A DNA stretch of 64,000 nucleotides from Puia sp. GTDB taxonomy: Bacteria > Bacteroidota > Bacteroidia > Chitinophagales > Chitinophagaceae. Below the pieces are notes generated by a model. It saw only the letters and a program-made list of their open reading frames with translations. It was not told the origin of the DNA and did no database searches. Below are positions 29,651 through 39,459 of the stretch, piece after piece; position 1 is the stretch's first letter; the number at the start of each line of letters is the position of its first letter. The translations under genes were made by a program, and so were the position numbers. The stretch lies in assembly GCA_035501395.1 (NCBI GenBank), contig DATJWK010000020.1, positions 3,851 to 67,850 on the forward strand. The letters run 5' to 3'.

Positions 29651-30091
29651 TCAATATATTTTAGCCAGCTGCGCGCCGTGTTTGTTGAGGAAATCGATTG
29701 GTGTAGTCACCGGCAGTGCCGGGGTGTCCAGCGGGAAAAGCGGGTAACTCCAGGTAATGAAATAGTCCAGGCGATGATGGAGGGCCGTATAGTAGGAAAT
29801 CGCGCCGGGGATGTCCTCGATCTTTGATTGTAAGGCGATGACAGTGGTTTCCAGCCCTGCATCGATGATCTGCACGGACGCGATCAAGGTGAGCAGCAGT
29901 TGTTTCGCCACCTTCGTTCCATATGCTTTTTGCAATGCCGGCCCGATGTCCCGCAAAATTGCGGAGGAAACAAAGACCTGAACCCGCCCGGCGACCGCCC
30001 ATTGTACCAGATCCCTGGTCATTCCATAGCTACTGCCTTTTAGCAAATAGTCTAGCAACACATCCGTGCCGAAAAAGATCCTAAATGCCAT
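29651..30091 (-). CDS. PIN-domain (VapC-like) toxin, degenerate active site
   Basis: IFFGTDVLLD, SKIED, LDYFIT pattern; downstream of and overlapping a small RHH gene. Confidence 0.7.
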   Translation of the reverse strand: MAFRIFFGTDVLLDYLLKGSSYGMTRDLVQWAVAGRVQVFVSSAILRDIGPALQKAYGTKVAKQLLLTLIASVQIIDAGLETTVIALQSKIEDIPGAISYYTALHHRLDYFITWSYPLFPLDTPALPVTTPIDFLNKHGAQLAKIY

Positions 30092-30302
30092 CTGGCTCTT
30101 TTATGATTGCATTTGTCTTTTTGGTTACCCGCGGCTCTAACCGATCCATGTACTCAAGAATATTGTTATGTTTAACCGGCTCAGTAACAATACGAAAATA
30201 ATTTTCCACCAACTCGGAAACACTCATATTCTTGCGGGCGGCATAGGCTTTGACGGCTTCCAGGAGGGCGCCGTCGATAGTGAGGTTTAGTCTTTCCTTC
30301 AT
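30081..30302 (-). CDS. Ribbon-helix-helix antitoxin (DUF6364-like)
   Basis: RLNLTIDGALLEAVKAYAARKNMSVSELVENYF. Confidence 0.8.
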   Translation of the reverse strand: MKERLNLTIDGALLEAVKAYAARKNMSVSELVENYFRIVTEPVKHNNILEYMDRLEPRVTKKTNAIIKEPDGI

Positions 30303-30309
30303 GCTGGGG

Positions 30310-30340
30310 CAAAGATACGCATGATTTCAAATTATGCGCA
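30310..30340 (-). promoter_or_regulatory. TA promoter: -7 box TATCTTTG (30310-30317) plus imperfect palindrome TACGCATGATT-TCA-AATTATGCGCA (30316-30340)
   Basis: Exact -7 match; 9 of 11 arm positions are complementary. Confidence 0.6.
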
Positions 30341-30373
30341 TAAACTTAACGGGAACCCGGGATACACTGGACT

Positions 30374-31282
30374 CTACCGCCTTGTCAGGACACATAGATC
30401 GGTGATTACAAACACGGCAAAAACTGCGCTGGCGATACCATTTGCCGTCATAAAGGCAAGATTGACTCGGCTTAAGTCATTGGGCTTGACGATCATATGC
30501 TGATAGATCAGCATTCCCATAAAAACCGCCACGCCGCCCCAGTAAAGCCACCCGAAGCCCCCATAAATCCCCGCGATAACCACGCAAACCGTCGATAACA
30601 GATGCAGGAATTCAGAGACCCGGAGCGCCTTCGCCTTGCCCAGCCAGGAAGGCATGGAATAGAGGCGTTGCGATCTGTCAAATTCCTCGTCCTGCAAAGC
30701 ATAGATGATGTCGAATCCGCTTACCCAAAAGATGACGGTCAGTGAAAAAAGGATTGGAAGAAGGTCGAATCGGCCGGCGACCGCAAGGTAGGCGCCAATG
30801 GGTGCAAGCGATAAGCCTAGCCCGAGAACCAGGTGACAGAGGGGGGTAAAACGTTTCGTATAGCTATAGCCCAGCACGACAGCCAATGCGACAAAGGAAA
30901 GCACGAAGCACAGGGGATTAATAAACCAGGTGCAAAGAATGAAGAGCAGGCAGTTGACAACCACGAATCTCAAAGCGCTGTTCCTGGAAATGATACCTCG
31001 GGGGATCTCGCGGATCGCAGTCCGCGGATTCAACGCGTCGAATTTGACGTCGAGCCAGCGGTTGAACGCCATGGCGGCGCTGCGCGCGAAGATCATGCAG
31101 AGGAGGACCTCGATCAAGCGACCAGCGATGAAATCTTTTCCCAAATAAACAAAATTCCACCCCGGGCCGACATTCAATGGGGAATGCGCCAACCCCAGAA
31201 AAAACCCGATCATCGCAAACGGCATCGCAAAGATCGTGTGCGAGAACCGGATCAAACTCAAATAACTCTTTACTGTACTCAT
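30374..31282 (-). CDS. UbiA-family polyprenyltransferase (MqnP/UbiA-like)
   Basis: FSHTIFAMPFA, ARSAAMAFNRWLD..D..NPRTA.R, YSYTKRF, GFDIIYALQD. Confidence 0.9.
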   Translation of the reverse strand: MSTVKSYLSLIRFSHTIFAMPFAMIGFFLGLAHSPLNVGPGWNFVYLGKDFIAGRLIEVLLCMIFARSAAMAFNRWLDVKFDALNPRTAIREIPRGIISRNSALRFVVVNCLLFILCTWFINPLCFVLSFVALAVVLGYSYTKRFTPLCHLVLGLGLSLAPIGAYLAVAGRFDLLPILFSLTVIFWVSGFDIIYALQDEEFDRSQRLYSMPSWLGKAKALRVSEFLHLLSTVCVVIAGIYGGFGWLYWGGVAVFMGMLIYQHMIVKPNDLSRVNLAFMTANGIASAVFAVFVITDLCVLTRR

Positions 31283-31291
31283 TCTATTTTT

Positions 31292-31834
31292 TTATTTCGA
31301 GTCGGCCGGGAGCCGCGTGCGGGCCAATTCCCAAAGGACAATGCCCGCGGCAATCGACACATTCAGCGAATGTTTCATCCCCCATTGCGGGATCTCGACA
31401 CTCCCGTCGCACAAGGCCAGGGCGGCACTATCCACTCCCGTCACCTCGTTGCCGAATACTACGGCCAGCGGACCCGATACAACCGCCGGTAGCGTATTCA
31501 GGCGCATACTCCCCTCCGTTTGCTCCACCGCGAGCACCGTATACCCTTCCTCCTTCAGGGACAGAATCGCGTCGGCGGTCGCCGGGAAATGGCGCCATTC
31601 GACTGTCTCCGTCGCGCCAAGGGCTGTCTTGTGGATATCGCGATGAGGCGGCTGCGGCGTATACCCGCAGAGATATATCCCGCGGATAAGAAAGGCATCA
31701 CCGGACCGAAAGACACTTCCCACATTATGCATGCTCCGGATATTGTCCAGAACGACGATCACCGGCATTTTCTCCGATTGTCGAAACTCATTCACCGATT
31801 TACGGCCCAACTCATCCATCACCAATTTGCGCAT
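31292..31834 (-). CDS. TrmH/SpoU family RNA methyltransferase
   Basis: VLDNIRSMHNVGSVFR, VFGNEVTG, IPQWGMKHSLNVS. Confidence 0.92.
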   Translation of the reverse strand: MRKLVMDELGRKSVNEFRQSEKMPVIVVLDNIRSMHNVGSVFRSGDAFLIRGIYLCGYTPQPPHRDIHKTALGATETVEWRHFPATADAILSLKEEGYTVLAVEQTEGSMRLNTLPAVVSGPLAVVFGNEVTGVDSAALALCDGSVEIPQWGMKHSLNVSIAAGIVLWELARTRLPADSK

Positions 31835-31936
31835 AGACAATGGTAATTCACTGCTGATACATTTATGCCCCGCTTACCCGATTTTATTTGCCGATTTCCC
31901 TGCAATCTTTCGCATCGCCATTTGTCTGTGCTTTCT

Positions 31937-31944
31937 TACATTTG
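31937..31944 (+). promoter_or_regulatory. -7 box TACATTTG, 5 nt upstream of the mutS ATG
   Basis: Exact TAnnTTTG match. Confidence 0.6.
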
Positions 31945-31949
31945 TTGAA

Positions 31950-34628
31950 ATGGCTAGTGCAAAAAGCCGCGCAAAAAGCGGCGCAAAAAGCGGCGCAAAA
32001 AGCGGCGCAAACAGCGGCGCGGATACTCCGCTGATGCAGCAACATCGGGCGATCAAACAACGATATCCCGACGCGATCCTGCTTTTCCGCGTCGGTGATT
32101 TTTATGAGACGTTTGGCGAAGACGCGATCACCGCTTCCGGGATCCTCGGGATCACGCTCACGAAACGGAACAACGGCGCGGCGGCTTCGAGCGAATTAGC
32201 CGGCTTTCCCTATCACGCCCTGGACACCTATTTGCACAAGCTTGTCAAAGCCGGTCATCGCGTCGCCGTCTGCGACCAGCTGGAGGACCCCAAGTCGGTG
32301 AAAGGGATCGTGAAGCGGGGGGTGACGGAGATGGTGACGCCGGGGGTGGCTATGAACGACAAGCTTCTGGAGGGCAACCAGAACAATTTCCTCGCAGGAA
32401 TTTTCTTCCCGGAGAACTGGCCGGGGCAAGATAGCGGAAAGATCGGTATCTCCTTCCTCGATATCTCGACCGGCGAATTTTTTCTGGCAGAGGGCGACAC
32501 CGAGTACATCGATAAATTACTCCAGACGTTCCGGCCCGCAGAGGTCATCTTTCAACGATCCTTCCAACGGGCATTCAAAGAGGTGTTCGGCCAGAAGTTC
32601 TATACCTATACCCTGGAAAGCTGGCTGTTCGAAGAAGGTTTTGCCAGGGAGACCATCCTCCGGCATTTCCAGACCCATTCGCTAAAAGGGTTTGGGATCG
32701 ATGACAGAAAGGCCGCCGTGATCTCAGCCGGAGCCGTCCTGCATTACCTGAAAGACACCGAGCATCCCAACCTTCAACATATTTCGTCCATCCAGCGAAT
32801 CGACCGCGAAGAATACCTCTGGATGGATAAATGGACGGTCCGCAACCTTGAGCTGCTGGGATCTTCCTATGACGGCGAACAGCGACATTCGCTGTTGAAC
32901 GTGCTTGACAACACCGTTTCGCCGATGGGGGCGCGGCTGCTAAAGCGATGGCTGCTCATGCCGCTAAAGGACCGGGCCGCCATCGAGAGGCGGCTTGACG
33001 CGGTGGAGCTTCTCATCAAGGAGCCTGACGGGCGCGCTGCGCTGACACAACGCATCCGCCATTGCGGGGATGTCGAAAGGCTGGTGGCCCGCATCCCGGT
33101 CCGCAAGACCGGTCCGCGCGAACTGATCCAACTGGCCCGCGGACTGGAAGAGATCGTACATATCCGGGCGGCCGCACAGCGCTTTCCGGAGGGATGGCTG
33201 AAGGATCGTTGTCTTTCGCTCGACCCTTGCCCGCAGGTGGCGGAACGGATCGTACGGACGATAGCGGAGAATCCGCCGGCTGCCGCCGCCAAGGGCGATT
33301 TCGTGCGCCCTGGGGTGCATGCCGAACTGGATCGGCTTCGCCGGATCGCCAGCGGTGGAAAGGAATATGTGGCCGGCCTACAGCAAAAGGAAGCGGGCCG
33401 TTCGGGGATTTCGACCCTCAAGGTCGGCTTCAACAGCGTATTCGGCTACTACCTCGAAGTCACCAACTCGCACAGGAATAAAGTACCCGCCGACTGGATC
33501 CGCAAGCAAACGCTTGCCGGCGCCGAACGGTATATCACGCCGGAACTGAAAGAGTACGAAGAGCAGATCACCGGGGCCGAGGACAAGATCAGGACACTCG
33601 AAATGGAAATTTATGAGCAGCTGTTGGTTTTCCTGCAACAAACCCTTGCACCGCTGCAAGCGAATGGCCACCAGCTCGCGATACTTGATTGCCTGTTGTG
33701 TTTCGCGCAAAATGCGTTGCAATACAATTATAAGAAACCGCAACTGCACGAAGGAGGAGAGCTCGAGCTGAAAGGGAGCCGTCATCCGGTGATCGAACGC
33801 CGGCTTCCCGCCGGCGAGCCGTATATCGCCAACGACGTGCTGCTCGACCCGGCGTCGCAACAGATCATCATTCTTACCGGACCCAACATGAGCGGCAAAA
33901 GCGCCTTGCTCCGGCAGACCGCTCTTATTACGCTCATGGCGCATATCGGCAGCTTTGTCCCCTGCGACAGCGCAAGGGTCCCGCTGACCGACAAGATCTT
34001 TACCCGGGTCGGAGCGTCCGACAACCTGAGCGGCGGGGAGTCGACATTTATGGTGGAAATGAACGAAACCGCCAGCATTCTCAATAACCTGAGCGAAGGA
34101 AGCCTGATCCTGCTCGACGAGATCGGCCGGGGCACGTCCACTTACGACGGAATTTCCATTGCCTGGAGCATCGCCGAGTACCTTCACCGGTCGCCTTTCA
34201 AACCAAAGACTTTGTTTGCCACCCACTACCACGAACTCAACGAGCTCGAGACCAAATTCCCCGGCATTCTCAACTTTCATATTACCAACAAGGAGGTCGG
34301 CAATAGGGTCATCTTCCTTCGCAAGCTTGCACCGGGCGGCAGCACGCATAGTTTTGGCATCCATGTCGCGAAAATGGCCGGTATGCCCCTTTCGCTTATA
34401 CAACGGGCGGAAGAGATCCTTCGTCAGCTCGAAGAGAAACATGTCGGATCGCCCGTCGGGGAATCGCTGAAAAAGATCGCCGCACCGAAAATGCAGCTTT
34501 CGATATTCGATGCGCATACCGAAACGTTCGGGCGGATCCGGAAATTACTGGAGGCAACGGATATCAACCGGCTCACACCGGTAGAAGCGCTGCTGAAGTT
34601 ACAGGAAATCAAAAACGAGCTGAGGTGA
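31950..34628 (+). CDS. mutS: DNA mismatch repair protein MutS
   Basis: TPLMQQH, FRVGDFYETF, GPNMSGKS, DEIGRGTST, FATHYHEL. Confidence 0.97.
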   Translation: MASAKSRAKSGAKSGAKSGANSGADTPLMQQHRAIKQRYPDAILLFRVGDFYETFGEDAITASGILGITLTKRNNGAAASSELAGFPYHALDTYLHKLVKAGHRVAVCDQLEDPKSVKGIVKRGVTEMVTPGVAMNDKLLEGNQNNFLAGIFFPENWPGQDSGKIGISFLDISTGEFFLAEGDTEYIDKLLQTFRPAEVIFQRSFQRAFKEVFGQKFYTYTLESWLFEEGFARETILRHFQTHSLKGFGIDDRKAAVISAGAVLHYLKDTEHPNLQHISSIQRIDREEYLWMDKWTVRNLELLGSSYDGEQRHSLLNVLDNTVSPMGARLLKRWLLMPLKDRAAIERRLDAVELLIKEPDGRAALTQRIRHCGDVERLVARIPVRKTGPRELIQLARGLEEIVHIRAAAQRFPEGWLKDRCLSLDPCPQVAERIVRTIAENPPAAAAKGDFVRPGVHAELDRLRRIASGGKEYVAGLQQKEAGRSGISTLKVGFNSVFGYYLEVTNSHRNKVPADWIRKQTLAGAERYITPELKEYEEQITGAEDKIRTLEMEIYEQLLVFLQQTLAPLQANGHQLAILDCLLCFAQNALQYNYKKPQLHEGGELELKGSRHPVIERRLPAGEPYIANDVLLDPASQQIIILTGPNMSGKSALLRQTALITLMAHIGSFVPCDSARVPLTDKIFTRVGASDNLSGGESTFMVEMNETASILNNLSEGSLILLDEIGRGTSTYDGISIAWSIAEYLHRSPFKPKTLFATHYHELNELETKFPGILNFHITNKEVGNRVIFLRKLAPGGSTHSFGIHVAKMAGMPLSLIQRAEEILRQLEEKHVGSPVGESLKKIAAPKMQLSIFDAHTETFGRIRKLLEATDINRLTPVEALLKLQEIKNELR
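31959..32018 (+). repeat. Five 12-bp tandem units (GCAAAAAGCGGC) in the first codons of mutS
   Basis: Units at 31959, 31971, 31983, 31995, 32007 encode AKSR-AKSG-AKSG-AKSG-ANSG. Confidence 0.95.
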
Positions 34629-34747
34629 TCCACGGTGACCTTTATCAATCTCCAACAGCATTTTATCCGGCGGATCGTCCTGTATGTCCCATAAAGTAAC
34701 CGGGATCGGCGGCGTTTGTTACTTTACGTTAGCAGACCGCTGAATAA

Positions 34748-35644
34748 ATGATCAGATACGCTTATGAGTTAAACGATTTCCGCCGTTGGGCCGGCGGGTT
34801 CCGCAAATTAGTTCCCCAACCTGTCCTCCGCACAGGCCATTTGTATGCCGGTATCTCCTGGATGGTGATCGATGTGACGCTTCGCGAAGACCTTGTTCTC
34901 CTCATGCAGCCCGCCGCCGCTCCCTCCCTTTTGTTGCAGTTCGATCTGGAAACCAACCACCCGACACTCCGCCTTTCTTCCACCGGCAATGGCCGGGAGT
35001 CCACGCATCTCCGAAATACGCGGCTAAAGAAGATCGCGCTGCTTGTTGCGCCGGCCTTTCTCCGGCATCACATTCGCGCCGGCATTCACGACGATCTGTT
35101 GAGGCAGGCATCCCGGATGCCGCATCCATACACCGAGCCTGTCCCTTTCGACTACCGGCCGCTGCTCGAAGAGATCTTTCACTCGGATCCCACCGCGCCC
35201 CTCCACCATCTGCTCTTGCACAACCGCATGCTGCTGCTGGCGGAGAAGTTCCTGTACGCGTTTATCCATAAGACTCCCCAACCGCAGCCCGGCAGTATCA
35301 ATTGGGCGAAGGCAAAGGAAAAAGATGTCGAAGCGCTGCGCGAGGTCATGAACATGCTCAGCGATACGCAACTGCACAAATTTCCCTCTATCGAAGCGCT
35401 CTCCAAAACGGCCATGATGAGTTCGACGAAGCTCAAGACCAGGTTCAAGCAGATCTATGGGATGAAACTCTACGAATTCTACAATCACCACCGGCTGCTC
35501 TACGCCAAAGAAATGCTCCGGACCGGCAATTATTCGGTCAAACAGGTTGGAGTCAATATAGGGTTTTCCAATCTGAGTAATTTTGCGAAGGCATTTAAAA
35601 AGGAATTTGGGGTATTACCCCGTGAAATCATTAAGAGTAAGTGA
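34748..35644 (+). CDS. AraC family transcriptional regulator (paralogue 1)
   Basis: C-terminal double HTH: MSSTKLKTRFKQIYG, GFSNLSNFAKAFKKEFG. Confidence 0.9.
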   Translation: MIRYAYELNDFRRWAGGFRKLVPQPVLRTGHLYAGISWMVIDVTLREDLVLLMQPAAAPSLLLQFDLETNHPTLRLSSTGNGRESTHLRNTRLKKIALLVAPAFLRHHIRAGIHDDLLRQASRMPHPYTEPVPFDYRPLLEEIFHSDPTAPLHHLLLHNRMLLLAEKFLYAFIHKTPQPQPGSINWAKAKEKDVEALREVMNMLSDTQLHKFPSIEALSKTAMMSSTKLKTRFKQIYGMKLYEFYNHHRLLYAKEMLRTGNYSVKQVGVNIGFSNLSNFAKAFKKEFGVLPREIIKSK

Positions 35645-35840
35645 TTAATTTTGTGAAAAGGAATGTTAAATAGCCTTTTCAGGTAATAAAACGATCCCAA
35701 CAGCTAAGCTTCCTGCGGCTATTTTCTTTAATTTTGCGCTTTTGCGACGCCCGATCCTTCCCCTCCCCACCGCGACTATTGCCGATGAGACTGTTGAGTG
35801 CTGCCTTGAATTTTTCATTAAACTATCAAAATCAGTGATT

Positions 35841-36824
35841 ATGGTAACGTATTCTTTTCAACTGGAAGATTTTGAAAAATGGCTCGCCGGTTTCGCCACA
35901 AAGCTGGACACCACCGTCAACGACCACATCCTTAGTTTGCCATCCCGCCTGGGCGACGGGACCATCATGGCCCGCAACGTGAACCCGCATTTTTCCTATT
36001 CGATCATGAATTTCAAGCTGACCGACGACCTGGAATTGCGTCGTGAGACCGGTGCGAAGGGTTTTGTCGTCACGTTTAACCAGGTAGAAACGCAAAAAGA
36101 AGGTCTTGTCGGACTTCCGCCGCAACCGATCTCCGAAAAGAAAGCCTTCTTCCGGAACGATATTTTCCTGACGGAGTCTAGCAACCCCGCCAGCCTGAGG
36201 CTTACCGCCGGAACTACGGTTAAACGACTGCTGATCTATTGTTCGCATGAACTGGCAAATCAATATCTGCCGGCCGACCTCCACGAAAAGCTTGCCGCGT
36301 TTGCCAGAGCCAACAGCGGGGCCGATAGCCCGCTGTTTATCAATCTGACACATCGTACCATGCTGAAGGAGTTGTTCGAGATCAACAACAATGATCCGGT
36401 CAGCCAGATCAAGCGGCTAAGTGTCGTCATTCACCTGATCGAACGCTCGTTGCATTCGTTCCTTCGCCAGGAGCAGGCCATGCTTCCCCGTACGGTCAAG
36501 AAGACCGATCTCGAGAGCATGCAGCATATCGAACAGATCCTCAGCAGCCGGCTGGAAGGTTTCCCTTCGCTGGAATCGCTTGCTCACGAGGTGTATATGA
36601 GCACCAGCAAGCTGAAGAACCTCTTCAAGCAGGTATACGGTGACACGCTGTATGACTATTATAACAAAAGCAGGCTGCAACGCGCCAGGGAACTGCTGCT
36701 CAACGGGCAGGTCTCCATCAAGCAGGCGGGAAGCGAGATCGGATTTTCCAATCTCAGCCATTTTGCCAAAGCGTTCCGGAAGGAATTCGGGATATTACCG
36801 CGCGATTTGGTGAAGGGGCGCTAG
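35841..36824 (+). CDS. AraC family transcriptional regulator (paralogue 2)
   Basis: MSTSKLKNLFKQVYG, GFSNLSHFAKAFRKEFG. Confidence 0.9.
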   Translation: MVTYSFQLEDFEKWLAGFATKLDTTVNDHILSLPSRLGDGTIMARNVNPHFSYSIMNFKLTDDLELRRETGAKGFVVTFNQVETQKEGLVGLPPQPISEKKAFFRNDIFLTESSNPASLRLTAGTTVKRLLIYCSHELANQYLPADLHEKLAAFARANSGADSPLFINLTHRTMLKELFEINNNDPVSQIKRLSVVIHLIERSLHSFLRQEQAMLPRTVKKTDLESMQHIEQILSSRLEGFPSLESLAHEVYMSTSKLKNLFKQVYGDTLYDYYNKSRLQRARELLLNGQVSIKQAGSEIGFSNLSHFAKAFRKEFGILPRDLVKGR

Positions 36825-36872
36825 CGCGCCGAGGATGCCGCCCGGAGAGGATGCCGCGAGGTGCGGGCGAAG

Positions 36873-38318
36873 TTATCGCGAAGTAGAAAGGTCATGGAGA
36901 CGAGGATAGAGCAGGGTAAAGATCCGAAAGTTCTGCTGATAGGCGGCATGTCGCGCCGCATCGGGTTTGAAGGTTTTTACAACGTGTACCAGGTCTTTCA
37001 CCGCATCGAGATCATCGATCAATCCCAGTGCATAGAGACCCATGATGGCGGCGCCGACTGCCGAGGCGTCTGCCGTGCCGGTCAGGTGCACCGGTTTGTC
37101 GAACACGTCGGCGATCATTTGCAACCAAACCGTCGAACGCGTAAACCCGCCGGTGGCGACGATGTGCGCTATCGGGTTTAGTGACGAGCCGATCTGGCAC
37201 AATGCAAAGCTGACGCCTTCCAGGCAGGCCCGGGTAAAATGTCGATGGTCATGGCCGGACCTTACGCCGAAAAAGACGCCGCTGGCATCTGCGTCCCATA
37301 CCGGCGCCCGTTCTCCCTGTAAGTAGGGCAGGAAGATAAGCCCTTCGGATCCCGGCGTTACCGTATCTGCTTCGTTAACCCGGCGCTGCCATTCTTCTTC
37401 GCCGTCGCCGGCCGAAAAGATTTTTTCGAAGAGCCATTTCAGGACATTGCCGCCGTTGTTGGTGGCGCCTCCGCAGGCATAGCGGTTTTCCGACAATATA
37501 TACGTGAAGACACTTCCATTCGGGTCGTCTGCCGGTGTACCGGCCGTCATCCGGATCGCTCCGCTTGTCCCGATGGTCAGTGCGGTCTCGCCGGGGCGGA
37601 TGGCGCCGCTTCCCAGGTTGGCGAGGCACCCATCGCCGCCGCCAATGACGTAGCGAACGTTCGCTTTTGTTTCTTCCACATGCGTGCAGGGAACCGGCTC
37701 GGATAGTTTTGAAGCGTCGATCCCCGCGAGGGCAAGGCTTTCGGCATACCATTCCAGGCGCCGGATATCAAAAAGTCCGGTGGCGGAGGCGACGCTATGG
37801 TCGACCTGGTACTTGTGGGTCAGGCGCCACCAGATATATTCCTTTATTCCGATGAAGCGCGCAGCACGCCGAAAGATTTCGGGTTGGGTCTCTTTAAGCC
37901 AGATCAATTTGCATAGCGGCGACATGGCGTGGATCGGCGTTCCGGTACGCTGATAGATGCGTTGGGCGGATTCGGATGCTTTCAATGCTTTTGCCTGCGC
38001 CGACGGGCGGAGGTCTGCCCAGGTCATGGCGAGGGTGAGTGGTTTGCCGTTTGCGTCGACGGCGATCAGACTATGAAAAGCGCAGCTAAAGCTGATGCAT
38101 TCCGGTTCGTTATGGTTCAAACCGGCTGTTTGGCCCAATGTCCGGAGGACGGCAATGACCGCATCCATCAGTTGATCGGGGTCGAGTTCGTGACGACCCC
38201 CGGCATCGGTGAATACCGGGTAGCTTGCGCCGGCGGTTCCCAATAGCTGTCCGTCCGTGGTAAAGGCGACGGCCTTGGTATTGGTCGTCCCGATATCCAT
38301 ACCGATCACATACTTCAT
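36873..38318 (-). CDS. gntK: FGGY carbohydrate kinase, gluconokinase-like
   Basis: IGMDIGTTNTKA, TGTPIHAMSPLCKL, DGCLANLG, PYLQGERAP. Confidence 0.85.
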   Translation of the reverse strand: MKYVIGMDIGTTNTKAVAFTTDGQLLGTAGASYPVFTDAGGRHELDPDQLMDAVIAVLRTLGQTAGLNHNEPECISFSCAFHSLIAVDANGKPLTLAMTWADLRPSAQAKALKASESAQRIYQRTGTPIHAMSPLCKLIWLKETQPEIFRRAARFIGIKEYIWWRLTHKYQVDHSVASATGLFDIRRLEWYAESLALAGIDASKLSEPVPCTHVEETKANVRYVIGGGDGCLANLGSGAIRPGETALTIGTSGAIRMTAGTPADDPNGSVFTYILSENRYACGGATNNGGNVLKWLFEKIFSAGDGEEEWQRRVNEADTVTPGSEGLIFLPYLQGERAPVWDADASGVFFGVRSGHDHRHFTRACLEGVSFALCQIGSSLNPIAHIVATGGFTRSTVWLQMIADVFDKPVHLTGTADASAVGAAIMGLYALGLIDDLDAVKDLVHVVKTFKPDAARHAAYQQNFRIFTLLYPRLHDLSTSR

Positions 38319-38325
38319 ACGCTTG

Positions 38326-39453
38326 TTATATCAGCTCTTTCAGTGCGGTTACCACCTGGTCTATCTGTTCACGCGTGTTGTGCTTGCAGAAGGAAAACCG
38401 GACCGTGACCTGGTTGGGGTTATTGTTGATCGCCCGGATGACATGTGATCCCTGCTCTACGCCGCTCGTGCAGGCGCTGCCGCCGGAGGCGCAGATATGA
38501 TGAATATCCAGGTTGAAGAGCAACATTTCGGACTTTTCCGTTTTGGGGAATGAAACGCTAAGCACGGTGTAAAGGCTCCGGCCGGCAGGGTCCCCGTTAA
38601 AAGAGATGCCGTTGAGCTGGTGGCTGAGCTGCTGCATCATGTAGTGTTTCAGGTCCGTTATATATGCGCTGTCGGCCTCGTAGCCTGCCGTGGCGAGCTC
38701 GAGGGCCTTTGCAAATCCCACGATACCGTAGACGTTTTCCGTCCCGGCCCGCATGTTCCGCTCCTGGGCGCCGCCATGGATCAGCGGGTGGATGCGGACG
38801 TTCTCGTTGATGTACAGCAGCCCCACGCCTTTGGGGCCGTGGAATTTATGACTGGCGCCGGTAATAAAGTGAACCGGCGTATTGCGCAGATCAAAGGGGA
38901 AGTGTCCCACCGTCTGAACGGTATCGGAATGAAAGATCGCTCCATACCGTTTGCACAGGTCGCCCACCGAGTGGATGTCCAGGATATTGCCGATCTCGTT
39001 ATTGGCGTGCATGAGACTAACCAGCATTTTTTCCGTACCGGCCGCTAATTGCTGTTCGAGGTCTTCCATATCGATATGCCCGTTTGGCAGCACGCGTACA
39101 TAACCCACGGATGCTTCGCCGCGCTTGTGCAAATGTTCGACCGAATGGAGCGTGGCATGATGTTCCAGGGGCGAAGTAATGATATGGGTGCAGCCCAGAT
39201 CGCGAACTGCCGCGGTGATCGCGGTATTCGAGCTCTCGGTGCCGCCAGAGGTGAAAAAGATTTCTGCCGGGTGAGCGTTGAGGATCTTCGCGACAGATTT
39301 GCGGGCGCTTTCGATGGCGAGGCGAGATTCGCGGCCGTAGGAGTAAATGGAAGACGGATTCCCGAATCGCTCGGTCAGGTAAGGCATCATTGCTTCCAGG
39401 ACGAGCGGGTCAAGGCCTGTAGTAGCGGCGTTATCAAAGTAAATTCTCTCCAT
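38326..39453 (-). CDS. iscS: Cysteine desulfurase (IscS/NifS class)
   Basis: IYFDNAATT, GNPSS, FTSGGTES, SHKFHGPKG, SGGSACTS. Confidence 0.9.
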   Translation of the reverse strand: MERIYFDNAATTGLDPLVLEAMMPYLTERFGNPSSIYSYGRESRLAIESARKSVAKILNAHPAEIFFTSGGTESSNTAITAAVRDLGCTHIITSPLEHHATLHSVEHLHKRGEASVGYVRVLPNGHIDMEDLEQQLAAGTEKMLVSLMHANNEIGNILDIHSVGDLCKRYGAIFHSDTVQTVGHFPFDLRNTPVHFITGASHKFHGPKGVGLLYINENVRIHPLIHGGAQERNMRAGTENVYGIVGFAKALELATAGYEADSAYITDLKHYMMQQLSHQLNGISFNGDPAGRSLYTVLSVSFPKTEKSEMLLFNLDIHHICASGGSACTSGVEQGSHVIRAINNNPNQVTVRFSFCKHNTREQIDQVVTALKELI

Positions 39454-39459
39454 GGGGGG

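Noticed and set aside
33378-34517. 379-aa minus-strand ORF
   Set aside because: Antisense shadow of mutS.
36831-36857. GAGGATGCCGC repeated twice between convergent genes
   Set aside because: Only two 11-bp copies and not seen elsewhere in the window; not enough to call a REP family.
36873-38318. Gluconokinase as part of the uronate pathway of the PUL
   Set aside because: It is more than 20 kb away, and no matching LacI operator was seen upstream.
38326-39453. Cysteine desulfurase as the sulfur donor for the Ubl module
   Set aside because: It is about 10 kb away with its own promoter; there is no evidence of linkage.
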